Shown: one piece after another, positions 19,229 through 27,854 of the stretch | How positions within the stretch are numbered: the stretch's first letter is position 1 | Layout of the letters: every line of letters starts with the position of its first letter | Origin: Candidatus Moraniibacteriota bacterium | GTDB taxonomy: Bacteria > Patescibacteriota > Minisyncoccia > Moranbacterales > UBA1568 | Assembly: GCA_016699385.1 (NCBI GenBank) | Contig: CP064974.1 | Coordinates: 259,242 to 323,241, forward strand | DNA length: 64,000 nucleotides | Direction: 5' to 3' | Program-made: the position numbers and the translations under genes | The notes under the pieces: model-generated | Databases searched by the model: none | What the model saw: the letters and a program-made list of their open reading frames with translations, nothing else | What the model was told of the DNA's origin: nothing

Positions 19229-20509
19229 ATGAAGAAGATACGAATTGTTGAATTGTTTGCTGGAGTTGGAGGATTTCGTCTTGGTCTTGATGCTGCAAGT
19301 AGAAAAGATTGCAAATATGAGGTTGTCTGGAGTAGCCAGTGGGAACCTGACGCTAAGATGCAGCACGCTTCCGGTATTTATGTTCACAAGTTTGGATCTA
19401 AAGGTCACTCATGTGAAGATATACGACAAGTAGTCGAGAAAAAATTTGAAGAAATAGTAGACCATGATTTGCTTGTTGGAGGTTTCCCGTGTCAGGATTA
19501 TTCCGTTGCAAGGACATTGAGTCGAGCTGAAGGCTTGAAAGGAAAGAAGGGAGTTCTTTGGTGGTCGATATTTGATATTCTGAAGAAGAAGGGGAAAAAA
19601 GCTCCTCGATTTCTTATGTTGGAGAATGTTGATCGGTTGTTGAAATCGCCAGCATCACAGCGTGGACGCGATTTCGCAGTCATGCTTTCTTCTCTTGCTG
19701 ACCTTGGTTATGCAGTTGAATGGCGGATTATAAATGCGGCAGAATATGGATTTCCGCAGAGGAGAAGACGCGTTTTTATTCTTGGGTATAAAAAGGGTAC
19801 AAACCTGTATACAACAGTGAATTCTGAGAAAATGAAGTCAGATTGGTTGCAAAGTAATGGCGTTATAGCAAAGGCATTTCCTGTTGAGAAATCTACTAAT
19901 AGTGCCCGTGAATTTCTTATTGAAGGAGATTTTGCTGAGGTGACAAAGAATTTTTCAGTCGGAGGTCCAGCGAAAAGTCCGTTTGAGAATTCCGGGCTGA
20001 TGATTAATCGAAAAGTCTATACATTGAAGACGATTCCAAAGCAGTCGAAGCATAAGATTATTCTTGGAGATATAATTGAGACTGACGAGAAGAAGATTCC
20101 AGATGTCTTTTTTGTAGATGATAATGAGATAAAGGAATGGGAGTATTTGAAGGCAGGAAAAAAAGAACGACGAGAGACAAAGACTGGGCATGTATACCAT
20201 TATTCGGAAGGGTCGATGATTTTCCCTGACTCATTAGAGAAACCATCACGTACAATCGTAACTGGTGAAGGAGGACGTTCCGCATCGAGGTTTAAGCATG
20301 TTATTAGAACAAACTCTGGGAGACTCCGCCGATTGATGCCAATAGAACTTGAGAGGCTCAATATGTTTCCTGATAATCACACGCGGTTTATGGGGGAAGG
20401 ACTGGAAGTTTCTGATGTGAAGCGAGCGTTTATTATGGGAAACGCACTTGTTGTTGGTGTCATTAGAGAGCTTGGGAAGTCTCTTCGAAAAGCTATTGAA
20501 AAAGAATAA
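19229..20509 (+). CDS. DNA (cytosine-5)-methyltransferase (type II R-M modification subunit)
   Basis: Motifs I (ELFAGVGGFRLG), IV (GGFPCQDYS), VI (LMLENV) and VIII (QRRRRVFILG) are all present. Confidence 0.9.
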   Translation: MKKIRIVELFAGVGGFRLGLDAASRKDCKYEVVWSSQWEPDAKMQHASGIYVHKFGSKGHSCEDIRQVVEKKFEEIVDHDLLVGGFPCQDYSVARTLSRAEGLKGKKGVLWWSIFDILKKKGKKAPRFLMLENVDRLLKSPASQRGRDFAVMLSSLADLGYAVEWRIINAAEYGFPQRRRRVFILGYKKGTNLYTTVNSEKMKSDWLQSNGVIAKAFPVEKSTNSAREFLIEGDFAEVTKNFSVGGPAKSPFENSGLMINRKVYTLKTIPKQSKHKIILGDIIETDEKKIPDVFFVDDNEIKEWEYLKAGKKERRETKTGHVYHYSEGSMIFPDSLEKPSRTIVTGEGGRSASRFKHVIRTNSGRLRRLMPIELERLNMFPDNHTRFMGEGLEVSDVKRAFIMGNALVVGVIRELGKSLRKAIEKE

Positions 20510-20571
20510 AGATGAAACACACTATATAAGTGGGCGAGAGCATTTATGGGAAAATTTTAACAAAAAAACTT

Positions 20572-20925
20572 ATGAAAAAATATACGGGTGGGTGTCAGTG
20601 TGGGGTGGTGCGGTTTGAGATGGAGGTGGAGGATATCAAGGAGGTGCTCTCGTGCAATTGTTCGCGATGTGAGAAGGCGGGGTGGCTTTTGACCTTTCTC
20701 CCCAAGGCGCAATTCACGCTCCTCTCGGGAGAAGACAATCTGACAGAGTATCGCTTCGGCGACAAGAGTATCGCACATCTTTTTTGTAAGACCTGCGGGA
20801 TTGAATCATTTGCGTATGGTTTGGGGACAGACGGTGTGGAGACGGTAGCTATCAATGTGCGGTGCGTGGATAATATGGATGTCGACTCTCTGACGGTGAA
20901 GAAATTCGACGGAAAGTCGTTGTAA
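20572..20925 (+). CDS. GFA-family (glutathione-dependent formaldehyde-activating / CENP-V-like) zinc protein
   Basis: CQCG...CNCSRC...CKTCG cysteine clusters are typical of the GFA / Mss4-like fold. Confidence 0.65.
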   Translation: MKKYTGGCQCGVVRFEMEVEDIKEVLSCNCSRCEKAGWLLTFLPKAQFTLLSGEDNLTEYRFGDKSIAHLFCKTCGIESFAYGLGTDGVETVAINVRCVDNMDVDSLTVKKFDGKSL

Positions 20926-20949
20926 AATTGAGAATGACACAGCATCTTT

Positions 20950-21360
20950 ATGGAGACATTTTCCTTTCTCGGTATTGATTGGGGAGAGAAGAAGGTGGGA
21001 ATAGCAATTGCGGATTCGGAGACGCGGATGGCATTTGCCCTTGCGACACTTCCGAATGATGCCCGACTCCTCGATGCACTTGGAGAGATTGTCGAGGCGC
21101 GCCTGGTACGGGAAGTCGTCATCGGCATTCCGTCTCATGTGAATCGCGAGCAAGTCGAGTATGGTGGGGAAAAGCTGGGTAAATTAATTGCCGACCGTTT
21201 CCACCTTCCTGTTCACTATGAAAATGAAATGTTCACGACCAAAATGGCGCGCGCCGAACTCATCGCCCGTGGCGTTCGTGGACACCTCGACGCCCAAGAC
21301 GACCGCGAAGCCGCTCGTATCATCCTCGAGAGCTTCCTCGCGGGGAAGGGGAAATTGTGA
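20950..21360 (+). CDS. ruvX: Holliday junction resolvase-like YqgF/RuvX
   Basis: ..LGIDWGEKKVGIAIAD.. matches the RNase H-like YqgF signature. Confidence 0.85.
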   Translation: METFSFLGIDWGEKKVGIAIADSETRMAFALATLPNDARLLDALGEIVEARLVREVVIGIPSHVNREQVEYGGEKLGKLIADRFHLPVHYENEMFTTKMARAELIARGVRGHLDAQDDREAARIILESFLAGKGKL

Positions 21361-21407
21361 TACACTGGAAGTGTTCAGGGGTATAATTTCTCTTCCCTTT
21401 ATTTTTT

Positions 21408-22190
21408 ATGGAATCACAGCCTTTTGTTTCGGTCATTGTACCAGCGTACAAAGAAGGTGACCGTATCGGGACAACGCTTTTGGAAATCGGTAAGTACTTC
21501 AAACAGAAAGATCTCACCTATGAAATCCTCGTCGTAGTGGACGGGTCGCCGGACAATACGGCGGAAATTGCACGAAACTACGCGCTCCATATAGACAATA
21601 TTCGTGTCATCGACAATCCGGAGAATCACGGCAAGGGGTATGTGGTTCGCCAGGGACTGCTTGAGGCGAAGGGGGAATATCGGCTCTTCATGGATGCTGA
21701 TGGATCGACGGCGATTACGCATCTCGAGACATTTCTGCCGGCACTTGAGGCGGGGAATGATGTGGTGATTGGGTCGCGCGATATCGAAGGAGCATTTGTG
21801 CAGGTGCATCAGCCGCGGTATCGGGAAATCATGGGCGATATGGGTAACTGGGCGATCCGTATCGTGTTGGGGTTGTGGTCGTATCCGGATACGCAGTGCG
21901 GATTCAAGATACTCTCGGCGCGTGCCGCGGAAGCGATTGCGAGCCGTATGGTTGTCGACCGATTTGGCTTTGACTATGAGCTCATTATCTTGGCACACAA
22001 ACTGGGATTTACCGTGAAACAATTGCCGGTTCGCTGGCTCAATGAAGAAGGGTCGACAGTGGGTGGACTCTTCGGCCCAAACGGTTTTATACAGGTGCTT
22101 ATCGATCTCTTCAAGACAAAGTGGCGACTTATGACGGGTGTATACAAGATAGGAGAATATGTGTCGGATGAGAAGGTACAGGAAGGATAG
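21408..22190 (+). CDS. Family 2 glycosyltransferase (dolichyl-phosphate mannosyltransferase-like)
   Basis: GT-A motifs are present (VSVIVPAYKE.., ..VVDGSPDNT.., a DAD-like DADG). Confidence 0.8.
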   Translation: MESQPFVSVIVPAYKEGDRIGTTLLEIGKYFKQKDLTYEILVVVDGSPDNTAEIARNYALHIDNIRVIDNPENHGKGYVVRQGLLEAKGEYRLFMDADGSTAITHLETFLPALEAGNDVVIGSRDIEGAFVQVHQPRYREIMGDMGNWAIRIVLGLWSYPDTQCGFKILSARAAEAIASRMVVDRFGFDYELIILAHKLGFTVKQLPVRWLNEEGSTVGGLFGPNGFIQVLIDLFKTKWRLMTGVYKIGEYVSDEKVQEG

Positions 22191-22244
22191 TGTGAGGAAA
22201 TGACAGGGTTGTAGATAGTGGGATACGAGATGTAAAACAAAATC

Positions 22245-23291
22245 GTGAACGAGGAACTTCAAAAAGAAATAGAGGTAAAATCCACGCCTCCTTCGGTGCC
22301 GTCGATTTCGGAATTGCGGCAAGATATTGTGACAGGGGACTGGGTGGTTATTGCGACGGGGCGCGCTAAGCGTCCGGATGAATTTGCGCATCATGACCAC
22401 GAGTCGAATGATGTTGGTATCGAACACTGCCCCTTCGAGAATCCCGAGGCAACCGGGCAGGAGAAGGACGTTTTGATCTACTCTTCGGGAGATGACCAGT
22501 GGACGCTTCGGGTATTTCCAAACAAATATCCGGCTTTTTCGCGTGGCAAGGTGCCGCGACAAATCGGCGAGGGGCCGTATTTTTCGATGACGGGATCGGG
22601 ATATCATGAGCTTTTCGTGACACGCGATCACTACAATCAATTGGCGACGATGGAAACGTGGCAGGTGGCGGAAGTGCTCGATGCCTATCAAGATCGATAT
22701 CTCTCGCTCATGAAGAAAAAGAGCGTAAACTATATTCAGATATTTCATAATCACGGCAAATCTTCGGGCGCATCGCTTCCGCATCCGCACTCTCAGCTCA
22801 TGGCGATACCGGTTATCTCGCCGTACCTGCAATTGGAATTGAAAGGCGCAGAGCTTTACTATCGAAGTACGCGAAAGAAAGTATATTCCGTGATGGCGGA
22901 ATATGAACGCGAGACAAAGACGCGAGTCGTCTATGAAAATGATGCGTTCATTGCGTTTTGTCCCTTTGCCTCTCGGGCGGCATTTGAGGTGTGGGTAATG
23001 CCGAAGAAATCTTCGCCCTATTTCGAACGAATTGGCGATGAAGAAAAATTTTTTGCCGCGGAGGCGCTTCGTGCGGCACTTTTTTCGATTTATCGCGGAC
23101 TTGGTGATCCGTCATACAACTTTTATATTCATACTGCGCCCTGTGATGGTTGTGACTATCCACACTATGGCTGGCATATCGAGATTCTCCCGAAGACATC
23201 CGTCTGGGCGGGATTCGAACTTTCGACCGGTATAGAAGTCTCTTCCCTCGAACCCGAAAAAGCAGCGGAGTATTTGCGAGCACAATTGTAA
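22245..23291 (+). CDS. galT: Galactose-1-phosphate uridylyltransferase-like (HIT superfamily, GalT family)
   Basis: The HPHSQL (H-x-H-x-Q) active-site motif, N-terminal Cys/His metal ligands and ..FPNKYPAF.. are present. Confidence 0.75.
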   Translation: MNEELQKEIEVKSTPPSVPSISELRQDIVTGDWVVIATGRAKRPDEFAHHDHESNDVGIEHCPFENPEATGQEKDVLIYSSGDDQWTLRVFPNKYPAFSRGKVPRQIGEGPYFSMTGSGYHELFVTRDHYNQLATMETWQVAEVLDAYQDRYLSLMKKKSVNYIQIFHNHGKSSGASLPHPHSQLMAIPVISPYLQLELKGAELYYRSTRKKVYSVMAEYERETKTRVVYENDAFIAFCPFASRAAFEVWVMPKKSSPYFERIGDEEKFFAAEALRAALFSIYRGLGDPSYNFYIHTAPCDGCDYPHYGWHIEILPKTSVWAGFELSTGIEVSSLEPEKAAEYLRAQL

Positions 23292-23295
23292 TTCT

Positions 23296-24075
23296 ATGCG
23301 ATATCTGGTTGCCAATTTGAAAATGAAGCTGGTATCGAAGGAAGAAAATCTCGGGTATCTTTCGGCGCTGTCAGACGCTCTGAAGGGACGAAAGGAGAAA
23401 GATGTGTGTCTCGTGATATGTCCGTCATTTCCATTTCTCGGTGAATTTGGCAAAAAATTGCCGAAACAGACGGTGCTTGGTGCGCAGGATGTCGCCTCGG
23501 AAGAGAGTGGCGCCTATACGGGCGATGTATCACCCAAGTCTTTGTTCGATTGTGGCGTGACCTATGCGCTTGTGGGACACAGTGAGCGGCGGGACTATCA
23601 TGGTGAAACAGATGCACTGGTTTCAAAGAAGCTGGTAACGTGCTTGCGAAACAATATACGACCGATACTGTGCGTCGGAGAAACGTTGGCAGAGCGTTCG
23701 ACGGGGAAAACTTTTTCCATAATACGTCGACAGATTGAGTCGGCATGTGCCGGTATTTCTCCCGAAGAATTCAGGCGTGTTATGATAGCGTATGAACCGC
23801 GCTGGGCAATTGGTGCAGAACAGGTGCCTTCGTCGAATGAAATTTTGGAAGTAATCATTGCAATTCGTCGCACGCTTGTGGAAGTGTTCAACCGCGATAT
23901 GGCGGATGTACTCCCGATTCTCTATGGTGGGTCGGTGTCGGCAGATCGAGCGGGTGATATCTTGCATACGTCTGGACTTGCCGGGGTGCTCGTTGGGCGG
24001 GAGGGATTGATACCACGGGAAATAGTGAAGATTCTGAATATGCTTTCGGATAATCCGGTAAATGAACGTCTATGA
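23296..24075 (+). CDS. tpiA: Triosephosphate isomerase
   Basis: TIM motifs are present (..VGHSERR.., ..AYEPRWAIG..). Confidence 0.92.
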   Translation: MRYLVANLKMKLVSKEENLGYLSALSDALKGRKEKDVCLVICPSFPFLGEFGKKLPKQTVLGAQDVASEESGAYTGDVSPKSLFDCGVTYALVGHSERRDYHGETDALVSKKLVTCLRNNIRPILCVGETLAERSTGKTFSIIRRQIESACAGISPEEFRRVMIAYEPRWAIGAEQVPSSNEILEVIIAIRRTLVEVFNRDMADVLPILYGGSVSADRAGDILHTSGLAGVLVGREGLIPREIVKILNMLSDNPVNERL

Positions 24076-25001
24076 TAGCCAATGTAAAAGATATTCTGAC
24101 AAAGGCGAAAGAGGGGGGATATGCGGTTGGCGCATTCAACACAGTCAATCTTGAGACGACACACGCGATTCTTCATGCGGCATCCGAACTCCGCTCACCG
24201 GTTATCGTGCAAATGACAGAGAAAACGCTGGATTATGCTGGAGGACGGGCGATTTATCATCTCGTTCGTGATTTGGCAGAATGTTATTATTCGAATATTC
24301 CCGTCGGTATTCATCTCGATCATGGGAAGAGCTACGAATTGGTTGAGCGCGCGGTTGATATCGGCTTCACATCGGTGATGTATGATGGGTCGCGCAAGAA
24401 GTATATCGACAACGCCGCAATGACGAAGCGCGTTGTAGACCTTTGCCATAGTCGTGATGTGTGTGTGCAAGGCGAGCTTGGCAGTGTGCCGTATATTGGA
24501 GAAGCTTCCACGCAGACGATTGTATGGGAAGAGTATATGACTGATCCGGAAGAGGCGTGTCGATTTGTCGAAGAGACGGGAATTGATACCCTTGCTATTG
24601 CCATCGGAAATGCACATGGATTCTTCCCGGAGCGTCCCGAACCGGACTATGCGCGTCTCGAGAAACTCCGCAAATGCGTCCGCGTGCCGATTGTGCTTCA
24701 TGGTGCGTCGGATTGGGATGGAAATCGAGTGACAAAAGTCATCGGTCTCGGTGTCTCATGTTTCAATGTTGATACGGCTATTCGGTTGAGTTTCTTGAGT
24801 CAACTCTCGCAAACGCTCGCAAGTGGCGATGAGACAGATATTCGCAAAGCACTTGGTGCGGCGCGACGCAGTGCCGAGGTAGCTGTGTGGAAGAAGATAG
24901 AGCAATTTGGCTCGGCGGGAAAGGCAGAAGGAGCATCGAAGAAACCAATCAGCAATGATATTCAACTCGAATCGACGGCGAATGATAGAGCGGAAGAATA
25001 A
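24072..25001 (+). CDS. fba: Class II fructose-bisphosphate aldolase
   Basis: ..GYAVGAFN.., ..HLDHG.. and ..LHGASD-like motifs are present. A 4-bp overlap with tpiA is also seen. Confidence 0.9.
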   Translation: MIANVKDILTKAKEGGYAVGAFNTVNLETTHAILHAASELRSPVIVQMTEKTLDYAGGRAIYHLVRDLAECYYSNIPVGIHLDHGKSYELVERAVDIGFTSVMYDGSRKKYIDNAAMTKRVVDLCHSRDVCVQGELGSVPYIGEASTQTIVWEEYMTDPEEACRFVEETGIDTLAIAIGNAHGFFPERPEPDYARLEKLRKCVRVPIVLHGASDWDGNRVTKVIGLGVSCFNVDTAIRLSFLSQLSQTLASGDETDIRKALGAARRSAEVAVWKKIEQFGSAGKAEGASKKPISNDIQLESTANDRAEE

Positions 25002-25033
25002 CGAGGTGCGATTAAAAGAATAAAGAAAACACT

Positions 25034-26023
25034 ATGAAACGAATTGCAATAAATGGCTTTGGACGAATTGGGCGAACGGCGTTTCGGATTCTTTCGGACC
25101 GTGAGGGAGTGGAAGTAGTCGCGGTGAATGATTTGTCAGATGCGGCGACACTCGCGCATCTCTTGAAACATGATACGGCGTTTCGCGCTTTTGCTCACGA
25201 AGTTTCTTCGAAAGAAAATGCGATTGTGGTAGATGGAAAGGAAATTCCTGTGATTTCTGAGCCGGACCCGGCAAAGCTTCCTTGGGGAGACATGAATGTG
25301 GATGTGGTGCTCGAATGCACGGGGCGATTTGTAAAGGGTGATGCGGCGGGAAAGCACATCACCGCGGGTGCCAAGAAAGTGATTCTCTCAGCGCCGGGGA
25401 AGGGTAGTGATATCCCGATGTATCTTATGGGCGTGAATGATGATACGTATCAGGGCGAGAAGGTTATCTCGAACGCGTCGTGTACGACGAATTGCTTGGC
25501 GCCGGTTGCGCAGGTGATACAGAAGACGTTTGGCATTGAGAAAGCAATGATGACCACGGTGCACTCATACACAGCCGATCAAAATTTGCAGGATGGCCCG
25601 CACAAGGATTTGCGACGAGCGCGTGCGGCGGCGCAGAATATCGTCCCGACGACAACGGGTGCTGCAATCGCTATTGGGGAAGTCGTTCCTGAAATACGAG
25701 GGAAATTTGATGGCTTGGCGATACGCGTTCCGACATCGGTTGTATCACTCACGGATTTTACCTTTGTACTGAGTCGTGATGTGACGGCGGAAGAAGTGAA
25801 TGCGGCGCTGGAAGCTGCATCGAAGACGGATCGTTTCAAGGGAATCCTTGAAGTGACCAATGAACCATTGGTATCATCGGACTTTATTGGCAATCCGGCT
25901 TCATCGACGGTGGATCTTTCGCTTACCAAGGTAGTCGGTGGCAATCTCGTCAAAGTCGTTGCCTGGTATGACAATGAGTGGGGCTACTCCGAGCGACTTG
26001 TCGACATGACGCTCATGGTGTAA
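25034..26023 (+). CDS. gap: Glyceraldehyde-3-phosphate dehydrogenase
   Basis: NGFGRIGR (Rossmann) and SNASCTTNCLAP (catalytic Cys) are present. Confidence 0.95.
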   Translation: MKRIAINGFGRIGRTAFRILSDREGVEVVAVNDLSDAATLAHLLKHDTAFRAFAHEVSSKENAIVVDGKEIPVISEPDPAKLPWGDMNVDVVLECTGRFVKGDAAGKHITAGAKKVILSAPGKGSDIPMYLMGVNDDTYQGEKVISNASCTTNCLAPVAQVIQKTFGIEKAMMTTVHSYTADQNLQDGPHKDLRRARAAAQNIVPTTTGAAIAIGEVVPEIRGKFDGLAIRVPTSVVSLTDFTFVLSRDVTAEEVNAALEAASKTDRFKGILEVTNEPLVSSDFIGNPASSTVDLSLTKVVGGNLVKVVAWYDNEWGYSERLVDMTLMV

Positions 26024-26111
26024 GAGTCTGACGAGCAAGACTGTTCTTCAGAAAAACAAGAGGCATTTGAAATTGGAGTGAGCTTGGCTAGAAAAACAAA
26101 AAAGACGTTGT

Positions 26112-27710
26112 ATGTACGATATCATCATAAAAAACGGGGCAGTGCTCGACGGGACGGGTGCGCGTGAGTTTGCGGGCGATATCGGCATCAAGGAAGGCAC
26201 GATTGTGACGATTGGAAATCTGAACGGTGAACAAGCCGAGAAGACGATTGACGCCAAGGGTTGCTATGTCGCGCCCGGATTTGTGGACATCAACAATCAC
26301 TCGGATACCTATTGGCAGATATTTTTGAATCCCGACTTGGAAAGTCTTGTGCGACAGGGTATCACGACGATTGTTGGTGGGAATTGTGGCTCGTCTCTTG
26401 CGCCGCTCACGGATCAATCTATGCTGCAGTCCATTCAGAAATGGACGGATATTCGAAATCTCAATCTCAATTGGCTTTCGACGAATGAATTTCTGGATGA
26501 GGTTGGACGACGGGAGCTCTCGGTGAATTTTGCGACACTTTTGGGGCACGGGACACTTCGTCGCGGATTTGTCCATGATGAATCGCGACCGCTTCGAGCG
26601 GCGGAGCTTGCCGGCATGGAGAAGATGTTGAAACAGTCGATGCGTGAGGGATCGATAGGTATGTCTTTGGGACTTGCCTATGTGCATGGGCGACATGCGA
26701 CAGAGCATGAGCTTTCGACGCTCGCAAAAATAGTCGGGAAATACAATGGATTCTGCACGGCGCACCTGCGTAGTGAAGGGAAAGAGCTTCCGGAAGCGAT
26801 TGCGGAGGCAATCACGATGGCGAAACATTCCGGTGTCCGTCTCCATATCTCGCACCTCAAGGCGGTCGGGCGACGATACTGGGAGGCTATGGAACGCGCG
26901 CTCTATTTGCTTGACGCATCTGATTCCGAAGGAGTTGACGTGTCATTTGATATCTACCCGTATCGATCGACCGCAACCGTACTCTACACGATTCTCCCGA
27001 CATGGATAACTGATGGTGGGAAGAAAATAATGTTCCAACGACTCCGCAGTCCTGCCATTCGGACGGAGGCGGTTCATGATCTCAGAGAAGAACATATCGA
27101 CTATTCTTCAGCGGTACTCTCGCTCTCGTCGCTCAACAAGATGATTACTCGGACAAATGTGCTCGAGATGGCGCATGCAGAGGGAAAGACACCGGAAGAC
27201 GTTATCTTTGATGTGCTTCTTGCTTCGGATGATCGCGCGATTGTTTCACTTGACGCACTCTCCGAAGAGAATATCGAAAAGGGACTTCGTCATCCATTTT
27301 CGATTGTGAGTACGAATGGTACGGGCTATCCGGTCGGATATGCCCAAACAGGCGAAGCTATTCACCCTCGATGTTTCGGTACGTTCCCGCGCGTCCTCTT
27401 TCGTTATGTGCGCGAGCGCAAACTTCTCAGTTGGGAAGAAGCGATTCACAAAATGACCGGCAAGCCAGCTGCAAAAGCGGGCATTGAGAAACGCGGCACG
27501 ATTGCGGTTGGAAATCACGCTGATATCGTCGTGATTAACCCGAGTGAAGTCGAAGATCATGCAACATCAGAAAATCCCTATCAATACCCATCAGGAATCC
27601 CATTTGTTATTGTCAATGGTAAGATTGCAGTAGAAAGCGGAGAATACACTGGCAATCGATCCGGTACTGTACTCCGCCGCGAAAGCGGTTTCCTTGAACG
27701 ATTTTGGTGA
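26112..27710 (+). CDS. N-acyl-D-amino-acid deacylase (D-aminoacylase), amidohydrolase superfamily
   Basis: The N-terminal ..IKNG.VLDGTG.., ..GFVDINNHSD and metal-binding His motifs are present. Confidence 0.8.
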   Translation: MYDIIIKNGAVLDGTGAREFAGDIGIKEGTIVTIGNLNGEQAEKTIDAKGCYVAPGFVDINNHSDTYWQIFLNPDLESLVRQGITTIVGGNCGSSLAPLTDQSMLQSIQKWTDIRNLNLNWLSTNEFLDEVGRRELSVNFATLLGHGTLRRGFVHDESRPLRAAELAGMEKMLKQSMREGSIGMSLGLAYVHGRHATEHELSTLAKIVGKYNGFCTAHLRSEGKELPEAIAEAITMAKHSGVRLHISHLKAVGRRYWEAMERALYLLDASDSEGVDVSFDIYPYRSTATVLYTILPTWITDGGKKIMFQRLRSPAIRTEAVHDLREEHIDYSSAVLSLSSLNKMITRTNVLEMAHAEGKTPEDVIFDVLLASDDRAIVSLDALSEENIEKGLRHPFSIVSTNGTGYPVGYAQTGEAIHPRCFGTFPRVLFRYVRERKLLSWEEAIHKMTGKPAAKAGIEKRGTIAVGNHADIVVINPSEVEDHATSENPYQYPSGIPFVIVNGKIAVESGEYTGNRSGTVLRRESGFLERFW

Positions 27711-27854
27711 TGTGCCTGCTATACTTTTTGTATTGCTCTACGCATGAGTCGCACCTAGTAGTGCGTCTTTTGTTTTCCCGTGGGAGAGTTCCTCGCTTGA
27801 TAGGAGGGCACTTTGGAGGTATGGTTGAGGTGGTAGTGTGTTGACAATTGTACT

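Noticed and set aside
21414-22832. 472-aa minus-strand ORF spanning the GT2 and galT-like genes
   Set aside because: It is antisense to two well-supported plus-strand genes. The translation is His/Arg-rich and low-complexity with no motif. It is almost certainly a spurious antisense ORF.
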